In this document: one piece after another, positions 40,531 to 49,844 of the stretch
Layout of the letters: every line of letters begins with the position of its first letter
Numbering within the stretch: position 1 is the first letter of the stretch
DNA from: a virus
Taxonomy: Duplodnaviria > Heunggongvirae > Uroviricota > Caudoviricetes
DNA length: 56,607 nucleotides
Virus record (IMG/VR): IMGVR_UViG_3300047567_000058
Coordinates: 144,405 to 201,011 of that record
Reading direction: 5' to 3' (one strand)
Program-made: the position numbers and the translations under genes
Notes under the pieces: generated by a model
Seen by the model: only the letters and a program-made list of their open reading frames with translations
Told to the model about the DNA's origin: nothing
The model's database searches: none

Positions 40531-41752
40531 TCAAAAAGTAGATCGCTTCATCGTTAAGGCATATCTTCTTGATAGCAACGGAGATCAGTCTATGGATCTC
40601 AGCGGATATGTGACAAGCGTGAACGTCAAGAAAGACTTCATAGCGAACTGCCTTCCGTTGTATGTCTTGAACCTGAGAATAGAGAAATCGCTAAGAGATA
40701 CGATCAGAGATCTTAAATCTGACATTTCTCTAGGCGTCTACAGTTATGCGATAGATCCTACTGTGTCAAACGACGAAACGAGCCCGACGTCTAATGCGAT
40801 GGAGGATACCATCGTCGAAACGATACTTACCCCATATGACAAAGCCCTTACGACAAACGTCCAGTCCCAAGACTCCGACGATGACGCAGACTCAACGGAA
40901 TCAAGCAGCAAGACGCAGAATATCAAGGTCGATTATGAGCTTGATTGCATACCGAAAGATCTTCTGGCCATCAATAACTCAGTCATAAACGAGGTATATG
41001 AGAATGCCAGCATGAACGATATCGCGGTAAGCATTCTGTCGGGAGTTATTCCTTCAGGGAACAGCCTCGTGATGCAGCCATCTGACAACATTGACCGAGA
41101 GGAATCTCTGATAATACCTCCAATGAATGTCGTTCCTGCCATGAGATTCCTGCAGAATCAATATGGATTCTACAATAATTCGATGTCCGTGTTCTTTGAC
41201 ACTGGAAAGACATATCTGTTCGATCCTATGGCAAACAGCGATACCGTCCATGCCAGGATGTTCGAAATAATAACCAAGAAAGCATCTGAGGTGACTGACG
41301 AGAATCTGTTCTCAAACATCCAGGTCGACAAGGATACCGAAAACACCCGTATTTACAGAAAGAACGATCCTGCTGTCGGAACCGTGACAGACGTATTCAT
41401 GGATAGCGTAGGCCAGACGTCCATCATAAGCTCTTACGACGATGATCTTAATGGGATCAGAAGGGAATACGACAATAATACCGACAACGGTAAGGTGAGA
41501 TACATCTGGAATAACCTTCAGAAAGACATCTTCGAGAAGTCTCTCATCCACAACTCGACTAAAGCCACTAGGATAAGCCTAGCAAGCATCAATCCTAATT
41601 ACTTCACCCCCGATACGTCGGTTCTGATAACGGCAAGCCTTGATAGCATATCAGGATACTATACGATATCCGAAGAATCATATTCGATAAGCACGACTGA
41701 TTTTAAGACTTACACAATTTCTATAGTGCTATCGATGTCCAAAGTCGTTTGA
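40523..41752 (+). CDS. Probable tail/baseplate hub structural protein
   Basis: 409 aa, beta-rich, containing LIIPPMN..FLQNQYGFY. Lies in a late operon. Confidence 0.55.
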   Translation: MYNQKVDRFIVKAYLLDSNGDQSMDLSGYVTSVNVKKDFIANCLPLYVLNLRIEKSLRDTIRDLKSDISLGVYSYAIDPTVSNDETSPTSNAMEDTIVETILTPYDKALTTNVQSQDSDDDADSTESSSKTQNIKVDYELDCIPKDLLAINNSVINEVYENASMNDIAVSILSGVIPSGNSLVMQPSDNIDREESLIIPPMNVVPAMRFLQNQYGFYNNSMSVFFDTGKTYLFDPMANSDTVHARMFEIITKKASEVTDENLFSNIQVDKDTENTRIYRKNDPAVGTVTDVFMDSVGQTSIISSYDDDLNGIRREYDNNTDNGKVRYIWNNLQKDIFEKSLIHNSTKATRISLASINPNYFTPDTSVLITASLDSISGYYTISEESYSISTTDFKTYTISIVLSMSKVV

Positions 41753-41759
41753 GCGAAAG

Positions 41760-41795
41760 AAAACCCCAAGCATTCTCTGCCTGGGGTTATTTTTT
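41760..41795. terminator. Terminator between convergent genes
   Basis: aaccccaagca-ttctc-tgcctggggtt followed by a T-run. Confidence 0.65.
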
Positions 41796-41807
41796 ATTTT
41801 CCGGAGA

Positions 41808-42339
41808 TCAGGCAACGGCGCCAGTAGAATGAGCTGATCCGTCGAACGTGTATTTCTTCGAAGCCTTGATATAAGCCTCAATAGCGATTTTCATCTCGCT
41901 GAGGGAAGAGAATCTCTCTTTGAGCGCTTTGAATCCGCTGTAATGAGCCTTGTCGAGGTTGATGTTGAAGTAATACCCGAAGCGATAATCGTATCCGGCT
42001 GGCAGAAGCTTGGCGATGTCTTCCGGGATGTTGGCTCCGGATTTGGCTTCTGAGAAGTATTCCAAGACTTTGGATCTTTCGTTGAACGAGAGAGCCGATA
42101 AGCTCGGGAATTCCCAGCCTCCCTTAACGAAGATGGCATAGGTCTCTTTGTGCTTGAACGGGGAAGACGGATAGTTCTTGACGACGTAATTGTCGCCAGA
42201 CAAAACTGTCTCTCCTGCAAAGCTTTCCTTGAGATCCTCGGCCTCGAGCTCTTTCTTGGCCTTGTGCTCTCCATCAGCATCCGATGGCCGATGAGGCAGC
42301 CGCTTCGTTAGGATCGTCGATTACTTTAGGTTTCTGCAT
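41808..42339 (-). CDS. Hypothetical protein, probably starting MQKPKV with a frameshift near 42290
   Basis: The ORF 41808-42203 frame is open upstream (DADGEHKAKKELEAEDLK). AAAGGTGA RBS before ATG 42339. Confidence 0.55.
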
Positions 42340-42396
42340 ATGAATTTATCACCTTTCCTTTGTCGTAAATATGATATCACCAGCATCACGCAGATG

Positions 42397-42873
42397 CTAC
42401 TGTTTTTTAGCTGAGTTTTCAGCGACAGCGTTGATGACGCCTTCTTTGCGTGACGCTAATGAGGCTGCAGCGGCGATCCGATCTTTTGATCGGATGTCTC
42501 GGCTGATCTTCTTGGTGTTGGCATTAACCGCCGAAGCGACAAGCTCGGCATATACGCTCTCAGAGATGAATACGATGAGCTCATCCCTGCTTGCGAAGTA
42601 CTTCGACACGAGATAATTGACGTAGTTATCCGACAGAGCTTTTACGATCTCAACGACGACGTTGTCATACATCTCGTTGATCTCTTCGTCATTGATGTAA
42701 AGGTTCTTGTCAAGCTGAGTCTCAGCAAGAGGCTTGATGTAATAATCCTTGGTGATGGACAGTTTCTTGTTCATGATGAGATTAAGGAATCCGAAGTCAT
42801 CCGCCCACTCTTTGTATGAAGTGGGAGCCTGAACTGGATTAGGAGCATCGACGCTTTTATTATGTCCGAACAT
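42397..42873 (-). CDS. Hypothetical protein (likely start MFGHNK)
   Basis: GAGG RBS before the internal ATG. No YbbR/CdaR features are recognisable. Confidence 0.65.
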   Translation of the reverse strand: MFGHNKSVDAPNPVQAPTSYKEWADDFGFLNLIMNKKLSITKDYYIKPLAETQLDKNLYINDEEINEMYDNVVVEIVKALSDNYVNYLVSKYFASRDELIVFISESVYAELVASAVNANTKKISRDIRSKDRIAAAASLASRKEGVINAVAENSAKKQ

Positions 42874-42887
42874 ATTTTTTATTTCCC

Positions 42888-43667
42888 TCAGGCGGCATTC
42901 ATGCATTTCTGGAAGACTTTAAGGAAGTTATCAGGGGTTACCAAGATGGCCGTTCCTTTGAAGAATATGGATATCTTTCCCGTTTCCTCGCTTACAAGCA
43001 CGGTAACGGAATCCGTAGTCTCGCTGATGCCGTAAGCGGCTCTATGGCGAGATCCGCATTTAGCGGTGATGTTTCTCTTGGAAGGAGTGAAGTACACGCT
43101 GGCTGCGATGATCCTGTTTCCTCTGATGATCCCCTTGGCTCCGTCATGGAGTCTTCCTCCAGGATAGAACAACCCTTGGATTATCTCGCTTGATACTTGG
43201 GCATTGATTCTGGCTCCGCTTCCGGCTGATATGACGCTGTCGAGATTGTCTTTCTTCTCAAACGTCATGATGGCTCCCATTCTCTGCTTGCTCATCGTGA
43301 TGACGGCATTTTCGACTTGCGAATAAGCCGAATCTAGATCTTCCTGGGACACGCCTCCTCTTCCGGATATGGCCTTGACCATCTTGCTCTCATCTTTTCC
43401 TTTGAGATCGTTGGCGAAGATGAACCGAATATCGGATGAGTTGGAGAAGAACGCCGCCATGATTACGACAAGCGCGGCCGCGAATGACAGATACAGCGTA
43501 TATACCATTCCGCAGCAATACGATATGATCCCTAGAGTCTCAAACAAAGCGGTGCTGATCATTACCCAGCGTCGTCTCAGAAAAGAGAATGCTATAAGAT
43601 CTATAAGAACCATCACTATGATGGCAACGATTAGATCAGCCGTAGTGCTATTTCCAATGTACCCCAT
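42888..43667 (-). CDS. cdaA: Membrane-anchored diadenylate cyclase (c-di-AMP synthase, CdaA/DacA type)
   Basis: Three N-terminal hydrophobic helices followed by a DAC domain: RMGAIMTFE, LFYPGGRLHDGA, GSRHRAAYGISETTD and VSEETGKIS. Confidence 0.93.
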   Translation of the reverse strand: MGYIGNSTTADLIVAIIVMVLIDLIAFSFLRRRWVMISTALFETLGIISYCCGMVYTLYLSFAAALVVIMAAFFSNSSDIRFIFANDLKGKDESKMVKAISGRGGVSQEDLDSAYSQVENAVITMSKQRMGAIMTFEKKDNLDSVISAGSGARINAQVSSEIIQGLFYPGGRLHDGAKGIIRGNRIIAASVYFTPSKRNITAKCGSRHRAAYGISETTDSVTVLVSEETGKISIFFKGTAILVTPDNFLKVFQKCMNAA

Positions 43668-43680
43668 AGTTGAGCCATCC

Positions 43681-44732
43681 CTAATTCAATATAATGGATT
43701 GTTTCTCGCTTATTTTTGCTGAAGGGACTCCGAAATCCTTCTCGCCTGGGAATCCATTGTAATGCAGTTCGATGTCGGAATATCCAAGGGTGGGCTCTTC
43801 GCTGAGCATATCTCTGTAGAAATCAGGATCGACATCATCATCGGAATAGATTCTAATGGGCATCCCTACAGATCCAAGCTTTCGGAAGCAGCTCGTTATC
43901 GTTGTCGGATACCCTTTTCCGCAGCAGGCGAGAAAGACGAATCCATCCATGAACCGATATGCCGAAGGATCCGGGGTCGTGACGTCTATACAGATTCTCG
44001 CAGATTCCGATTATATCGAAGATTCCCTCAGCTACGACTAACGTCGTGCTAAGGCTTGTCGTAAGAGGATAATTGTCATCTGAAGACACCGAATATATCT
44101 TGCTGGCATCCTCATCCTCTCCGGCCAATCTTAGGTTATTGTAGCGCTTCTCCTGCGTCCCGCTCATATCACGGAAGATGATATGACTTCTGTCTGAAGA
44201 CGCAAAGCCGACCGATTCAGCGAAGTTGAACTGATTTGGTGCCTTGATCCCATTCTTATTGAAGAATCCGATCGGATCAAGAACGACGCTGTAATACCTG
44301 ATGGCGTCATCTGCCGAAAGATCGGTTCCGATGCGCCCGTTGATATAAGACAGCGATCTGCTTGCCGCAGACATATCCGATGGAGTCAAATCAAGTGTCT
44401 TCTTGTAATGATGAAATCTGAAATCGTCGCTAGCCCTTGCGCGCTTGGCCGATTCCATGACCGCCAACGAAGCGTCATTGTTGTAGATCTTCAAATCCTT
44501 GAGGACGTTTGGATTGAGCATTCCATGGGCTCCGCATCTTACGCAATGGTACATGAACGGAGGCTCGACATGAATGTAAAAGTGAGCGCTGTCGGCATGC
44601 GTATGGGAATCGCCGCAATAAGGGCATCTCACGCGGATGTCCTTTCTATCGGGTCGTCAAATAAGCCGGCCGGCACGATGCCAGGATCGTCTTCTTGATC
44701 TGCTCGCTTGCTATTTCATCATCCGCATTCAT
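43681..44732 (-). CDS. DNA primase (Zn finger plus TOPRIM), frameshifted
   Basis: RCPYCGDS..YHCVRCG, VVAEGIFD, IYSDDD and EKDFG. The pieces 44650-44732, 43853-44632 and 43681-43950 are collinear. Confidence 0.8.
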
Positions 44733-44790
44733 TTAAAAAGCCTTCTCTCGCCATTATGATAAGGCAAGGAAGGCTTGGATGCAAAGGAAA

Positions 44791-44988
44791 TTATTTTTTA
44801 TTTCCAGGATCCGGAACAGAATCATAGTGCTTTTCGATAGCTGATACCAAATCGGAATCCTCGATGTAATATAGGTATTCCGAGCTGATTACGTTTCCGA
44901 TTAGCTGGCCAAGGCGAAGATCAGGATATCGCTTCCAGATCTTCTTGATCCTGTTAAGATCGACGTCTATTCGCTTAGGGTCTCTCAT
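44791..44988 (-). CDS. Small conserved phage protein (MRDPKRID..W..YPDLRLGQL family)
   Basis: Widespread phage motif, YihD/DUF1040-like. Confidence 0.8.
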   Translation of the reverse strand: MRDPKRIDVDLNRIKKIWKRYPDLRLGQLIGNVISSEYLYYIEDSDLVSAIEKHYDSVPDPGNKK

Positions 44989-46596
44989 ACCAAGTGAGCC
45001 AGATTGACCAGCTCCTCAGCGACGTCTCCGATCTTGATGGAGCCGTCGAACACGCTCTTGTTCTCATCGTCCTTGAATACGGAGAGATACACGGAGCTGA
45101 TGATTGAAGCCATCGGTCTTTCGGCATCGTCTGTGAAGCAGCCGTACTTAGTCGAGAAGAGCTCTTTGTACATCTTCGAATCCTCGATCTTCTCGCGGAT
45201 CTTGTTTCCGGTGATGCCGACTCTCTCGCGCTGCTTGTCGCATTTGCTGACCATGATCTCCGGAAGAACCGTGAACTTGCGCTTCTGGAGGTATTTGCAG
45301 CAGCAGATCAGCACTTTTGCATACTGACGTGAATCGAGATGCTTGATGGCGTCGACGTCTTCGAAGTACTTATCCATCATGAGGCTTATGATCATCTCCT
45401 GGATGGAATTGACGCGAGGCATCTTGGTCACGATGGCATGATCGATTTCAGGCTCTGTGACGGACACGTCCATCATGTCAGGAAGCTTTCGGATGGTCTC
45501 CTCGATGTTGAGATCTCGGAGGATCTTCTGGCCTTCGTCCTTGCGGGCGGTGTCGATCTCGACCCGTTCGAATTCGCTCATATCGTCGTCATCGTCATCG
45601 GCGGTGGCTGTCGAATCATCGTCTTTGGCGTCGATGATGACATAGTGATCCTTGAACTTGTTTTGCATCAAGAACTTGATCTGGTTGTTGATGACTGACT
45701 GCAGGAAGCTGACGATGTTGAGATTGGGATCCATGACGAGCTTGGCGACGGCATTCGTCCTGAAGCTTATCGTAGATGTCGAGAGTGACGGTCTCTTTGG
45801 TGATTCCGACATTCTTGGCCTTTGCCCAATATTTCTTCGACGAGAACGCCGTCTTGATGACTCTTGAGTAAGTCAGCTTGTAAAGCTTGTTTCTCAAGGC
45901 GTCGCCGTCTCCGGCATAGATATCGAACAGGTGCGAGAACAGCATCCTGTTGACATCGTCGAAGGCGTAATCGTCATCGTCGTCATCATCTGCGGATGCC
46001 GCTGATTTCGAGAACAGCGACTTGCTGTAAAGGAAGTACTGCGACATCAGAGGGATGAAGATTCGATAGAGATACGCTATCTTGAGAAGGATCTTGGCAT
46101 GGTCATCTCTGATCATGAGCTCCTCATTGACGGCATGGCTCTTCTTCACGGCATCATCGATGATGCCATTAAGATCCAGGCTATAGTTAGCATCGACGAA
46201 TTTGCTGATCGTTTTGATGAGAAGGCCATCAGCAGAGTCCATCACGGAATCCATCAATGCGATGAAGTCTGAAACCGGCATCTCCGACGAGATCATGATC
46301 TTGCTTTGGGCATTCAGAAGCCTGAGCATCGGCATGGTCATGTCGTCGTTGAAGCGCCCGCCTTCATCGAAAAAGATCTCCTCATACGTTGTAACCACGA
46401 GAGGAGTCAGATTCTTGAAATTGCGTTTGGCGCTCATTTCAAATAAATCATACACTTCCAGCTTTTGTTGCTCAAACAGCTGGTCGAATGCGATCCTGAA
46501 CTTATCCCCATCTGGGGTTCCGTAGAAGATCTGGTCAGAGGCGTCCTTGGCAATCTGCTCAGGAGTAACCTCATGTTCTTCAATTTCTTCGCTCAA
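44985..46596 (-). CDS. Probable sigma-like promoter-specificity subunit of the non-virion RNAP (AR9 gp226/phiKZ gp68-like), with a frameshift near 45760
   Basis: ORFs 45616-46596 and 44985-45812 join to a helical protein of about 535 aa. MDPNLNIVSFLQSVINNQI loosely resembles sigma region 2. The call is contextual. Confidence 0.45.
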
Positions 46597-46634
46597 CGAG
46601 CATCACCTATCCTTTGATATATTCATAGGAGGCA

Positions 46635-46808
46635 TTAGCGATCGTATCGCTGGTGCCACTGACGTTTGACTAGCTTCTTCTCGGCTGGAGTGCGATAGCA
46701 TTCATGCATCTGGCATTCAAGCATTACTCCGGATTGCGAGACTTGGCGTTTGAACCGTCTGAGCAAATCCTCGAGAGACTCGTCTTCGCGTGCTTCGACT
46801 TTGATCAT
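46635..46808 (-). CDS. rpsU: Ribosomal protein bS21 (57 aa, below the ORF-track cutoff)
   Basis: Manual translation MIKVEAREDESLEDLLRRFKRQVSQSGVMLECQMHECYRTPAEKKLVKRQWHQRYDR shows the ES(L)E.LRRFKR..G.L.E...E.Y..P..K signature. Confidence 0.9.
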   Translation of the reverse strand: MIKVEAREDESLEDLLRRFKRQVSQSGVMLECQMHECYRTPAEKKLVKRQWHQRYDR

Positions 46809-46888
46809 ATGGGTAAATCACCCGACCTTTCGTCCGCTCTATGGCGGATGCTATTATAACTTCCTTGTTGATCCTATTTAGCAATTAA

Positions 46889-46990
46889 GCCCAAGGAGAT
46901 GGTAAGGAGGTTGAATTTAAGATCCAAACGTTCCGGTGAAAGGAGATAACATCAGACGTTTTCTTAAATTCAGGAACCATCTCCCTGAGC
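46889..46990. other. Long imperfect hairpin of about 100 nt between rpsU and the tnpB element
   Basis: ggagatggt/accatctcc, tgaatttaaga/tcttaaattca and aaacgt/acgttt. Confidence 0.6.
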
Positions 46991-47025
46991 AACATCATTA
47001 TTATACGTGTATTTTTAATTTAAGC

Positions 47026-47037
47026 AACAATAAATTA
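47026..47037 (+). promoter_or_regulatory. Late promoter AACA-N6-TA whose predicted +1 is the A of the tnpB ATG
   Basis: AACAATAAATTATG, with no Shine-Dalgarno sequence upstream. Confidence 0.55.
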
Positions 47038-48383
47038 TGCCAAGGATTGACATCTGCGTGAAAGTAAGGATATACCCGAGCAAATCGGACAAAGCGGCCA
47101 TCGTCGACACGATGACGTCTTGCATGCACGCGTGCAATTTCGTGTCGGACTATGTTTACCGGACGCACGATCTTGGGCAGTCTTCTATGAATGATGGCAC
47201 GTACCGCGACATAAGATCGAAGTTCGGGCTAACAGCGCAGATATCGGAATCCGTCATCAGGGCCGTCCGGGCCAAATACAACGCGGTTGGCAAAAGCAAA
47301 GCTTTCCGCCATAAGGATCCGATCAGGTTCTCCGTTCCGCAGTGCGACGAGGTGTACGGCAACGACTTCTCGTTCAAAAAAGACGGCATCGTATCCATAA
47401 ACAGCAAGATAGGCCGTCTTAAGATGCGCTATAGCATCAAATCATTCGAGCGCTACTTCGACGGATCGTGGACGCTTGGCACGTCCAAGCTGTGGTCTGA
47501 CGGAAACGGGATATTCTTTCTCATCGTGTCGCTTCACAAAGAAGTCGATGCCATAGACCCGGTCAAGAGCTATGGGGTCGTCAACATCGTCGGCATAGAT
47601 CGCGGACTGATCAACCTCGTCACGGCGTATGATTCGGATGGAAAAACGACGTTCTTTTCCGGAGGAAAGCTCCGGGATTACAGATACAAGGCGATGAATC
47701 TCAGGAAGAAGCTTCAGAAGCGAGGAACCCCGTCGTCAAGACGGCGCCTTCGCGAGATAGGCCATCGAGAGAACCGTTACATGCGCGATGTCAATCATCG
47801 CGTGTCCAAGGCACTCGTTGCGGCCCATCCCGCTGGGACGGTCTTCGTCATAGAGGATCTGACCGGAGTGAAGTCGCGGGCCATGGCCAAGCGCGGATAC
47901 GCGCGCTATGAGCAGATGTCGTGGCCTTATTACGATTTTGAGCAGAAACTGTCATACAAGGCCGAAAAGGTCGGATCAGCCGTCGTCAAAGTCGATCCGG
48001 CGTACACCAGCCAGACATGCCCTCATTGCGGACATATCGAATCGGCGAATCGGGACAAGGCTCTCCATCGGTTCGTCTGCAGGAACTGCGGATACTCGTC
48101 AAACGACGACCGCATAGGAGCCATTAACGTCTGGCGCAGGGGGCTCGATTTTGTTATCGGGTCACAGGCGGCCAGGCCGGATCTCGCGCAAATCGCGTCT
48201 TCCGGGGTCGCAAGTCCGTCGGAATCGGCTCGTCCTTTTCCGACGGCGTCAATCGGCCCACGATGCGACGCCAACGCCAGCGATGGCGCAGCGGCGAAAG
48301 CCGCGAACGGTTGCCAACAGGAGAAATCCCGAGCCGCCGATGGGCAGTCGCAAGCTCCCGCTTCAAATCGCGCAAGCGATTAA
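47037..48383 (+). CDS. tnpB: RNA-guided endonuclease TnpB with an apparently intact RuvC triad
   Basis: KVRIYP, VGIDRG (D), VIEDL (E), YTSQTCPHCG..FVCRNCG (Zn finger) and NDDRIGAINV (D). Confidence 0.95.
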   Translation: MPRIDICVKVRIYPSKSDKAAIVDTMTSCMHACNFVSDYVYRTHDLGQSSMNDGTYRDIRSKFGLTAQISESVIRAVRAKYNAVGKSKAFRHKDPIRFSVPQCDEVYGNDFSFKKDGIVSINSKIGRLKMRYSIKSFERYFDGSWTLGTSKLWSDGNGIFFLIVSLHKEVDAIDPVKSYGVVNIVGIDRGLINLVTAYDSDGKTTFFSGGKLRDYRYKAMNLRKKLQKRGTPSSRRRLREIGHRENRYMRDVNHRVSKALVAAHPAGTVFVIEDLTGVKSRAMAKRGYARYEQMSWPYYDFEQKLSYKAEKVGSAVVKVDPAYTSQTCPHCGHIESANRDKALHRFVCRNCGYSSNDDRIGAINVWRRGLDFVIGSQAARPDLAQIASSGVASPSESARPFPTASIGPRCDANASDGAAAKAANGCQQEKSRAADGQSQAPASNRASD

Positions 48384-48420
48384 GCGGCGAGTATATTGAC
48401 TATATAACACTTATGCCGAT
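48197..48420 (+). ncRNA. omegaRNA overlapping the tnpB 3-prime end; predicted guide is about TATATAACACTTATGCCGAT
   Basis: GC-rich hairpins (gcggc-gaaa-gccgc; ccgtcggaa..ttccgacgg) in the canonical position. This is exactly the segment retained in the mini-copy. Confidence 0.7.
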
Positions 48421-48441
48421 CTCATCAACAAAAATGTGTTT

Positions 48442-48473
48442 AAAAAGATCTGCCGCATTTAACGGCAGATCTT
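48442..48473. terminator. Terminator hairpin downstream of the tnpB guide
   Basis: aagatctgccg-catttaa-cggcagatctt. Confidence 0.7.
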
Positions 48474-48619
48474 CCTGTTATCTATCGGACGCGTATCGGT
48501 GTCTTGGCTGCCCTGCTGAGTGGGCTTTTCATCCTGTGTAGGAAGCAAGGAACGACGCATCCGACCTACATAACTATTATAGCCTAGGCGTTCGGTCCGT
48601 CAATGTGAAAATGATATTT

Positions 48620-49474
48620 TCACACTTTTCTTTTAGGCCCTCTTGGACGGATGAACGACGATGGCTTATGACCATCATTAAGTATCGATCGGGTGGCCTT
48701 TCTGGCGGTGATCTTAGATCTAGGGACTACCCAAATTCCATTATGGCTTACCCGAGGGGTATTCTGCTTCTGAAGGCGATTGAATCTCTCGGCTCGCGCA
48801 TTTCTTGCCTTGATAGCTTCGGCGCTGATCTTATGCCTATGCGTCTGAGCTCGCATGTACATCGCGTGCTGATAGATGCTTAGCAGCGTGTTAGGATCGG
48901 CTATGCTGCGATAGAGATTGGCCTCGGCACTGTTGTCGTAATGCTGGCCATATCTTGCGATGTACGAATCCGTAAGGCAGAATCCGTCAAGCAAATATCT
49001 GGCGGCGACGTATATGGACTTCTCCCATCCAAGAGTCTCAACCGGGTTTCGCATCGTAGGCGCCTGGGTCAGGCACTGCGACGGAAGCTTCGAGCTGAAC
49101 TTAGGGATGAGCAATCCCATCTTATTGAAGACATACGCATAAGTGTATATGAACGACGGCGAATTCGAGAAGAACGTCACATCGGTTATCGCCAATCGTT
49201 TGTCGAATGCCTTAGGATCCCTATGGAATTCAAACAGGACATCGTAAGTGATCTTGTTTATCGAATACAGCTCCGAAGGAACCTTTACCCAGAAGATGAT
49301 ATCGCCGTTCTTCTCGATGTAAGGAACCGCCCATGAACTGCCTTCGATTCTCACGAAGCAGCTGATGAACGTCATGTTCAGGCCATCTTTGATCATGGCC
49401 CTTTTGGCAAGATATGCGCTTCCGCGTCCGCTGGGGTTATCAACGAATTGCCGCAACGTTATAGTAGTTGCCAT
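48620..49474 (-). CDS. Hypothetical basic protein
   Basis: 284 aa with a GGAGG RBS. Blocks KVPSE..YDVLFEF..FFSNSPSFIYTYAYV look conserved. Confidence 0.7.
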   Translation of the reverse strand: MATTITLRQFVDNPSGRGSAYLAKRAMIKDGLNMTFISCFVRIEGSSWAVPYIEKNGDIIFWVKVPSELYSINKITYDVLFEFHRDPKAFDKRLAITDVTFFSNSPSFIYTYAYVFNKMGLLIPKFSSKLPSQCLTQAPTMRNPVETLGWEKSIYVAARYLLDGFCLTDSYIARYGQHYDNSAEANLYRSIADPNTLLSIYQHAMYMRAQTHRHKISAEAIKARNARAERFNRLQKQNTPRVSHNGIWVVPRSKITARKATRSILNDGHKPSSFIRPRGPKRKV

Positions 49475-49501
49475 CGATGTTTTCCTCCAGCGATTGCATA
49501 A

Positions 49502-49813
49502 TTAGTTGTTGGAGACGCCTTCGTCGATCAGATATTGCGTGGCGTCATCCTCGCCTCTGAAGATGACCAAATTCTGAAGATCTCCCTCTCCGAATCCCAT
49601 CATGGTCGGATGGCTGTCTCCGACGGGATGCGACTCGATAAGGTACGAAACGCCGTCTTCGCATTTGACAATTCCTTTGTCGGCCACCATGACGAATCCG
49701 TCATCAACGTAGTAGAACGTCTTCGTCTTGATGCTTCCGCAAGGGCCTTTGAGAGCCTTGGTTTTAATCATGTCTCCGAAGTCGTATTCATTATTCCTCT
49801 TTTGCTTGCTCAT
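49502..49813 (-). CDS. Hypothetical protein
   Basis: 103 aa with a GGAGG RBS. Confidence 0.65.
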   Translation of the reverse strand: MSKQKRNNEYDFGDMIKTKALKGPCGSIKTKTFYYVDDGFVMVADKGIVKCEDGVSYLIESHPVGDSHPTMMGFGEGDLQNLVIFRGEDDATQYLIDEGVSNN

Positions 49814-49844
49814 AGGCAGCGCCTCCAGGGAAATAATTTATTTT

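Larger units (their letters stand above)
46993..48400 (+). mobile_element. TnpB-only (IS1341-like, IS200/IS605 or IS607 superfamily) element; no tnpA in the window
   Basis: Boundaries are defined by the sequence shared with the mini-copy at 17772-18017. Right end GAGTATATTGAC. Confidence 0.75.

Noticed and set aside
48505-48550. SRP RNA or hammerhead ribozyme (ggaagca and ctgctgag look-alikes)
   Set aside because: It lacks the SRP CAGG..GNRA..AGCAG loop and the hammerhead CUGANGA/GAAA core.
49137-49151. Partial match (gcataagtgt) to the reverse complement of the tnpB guide
   Set aside because: Only about 10 contiguous nt, then an indel. Compatible with chance in 56 kb. No convincing self-target for either guide was seen by eye.
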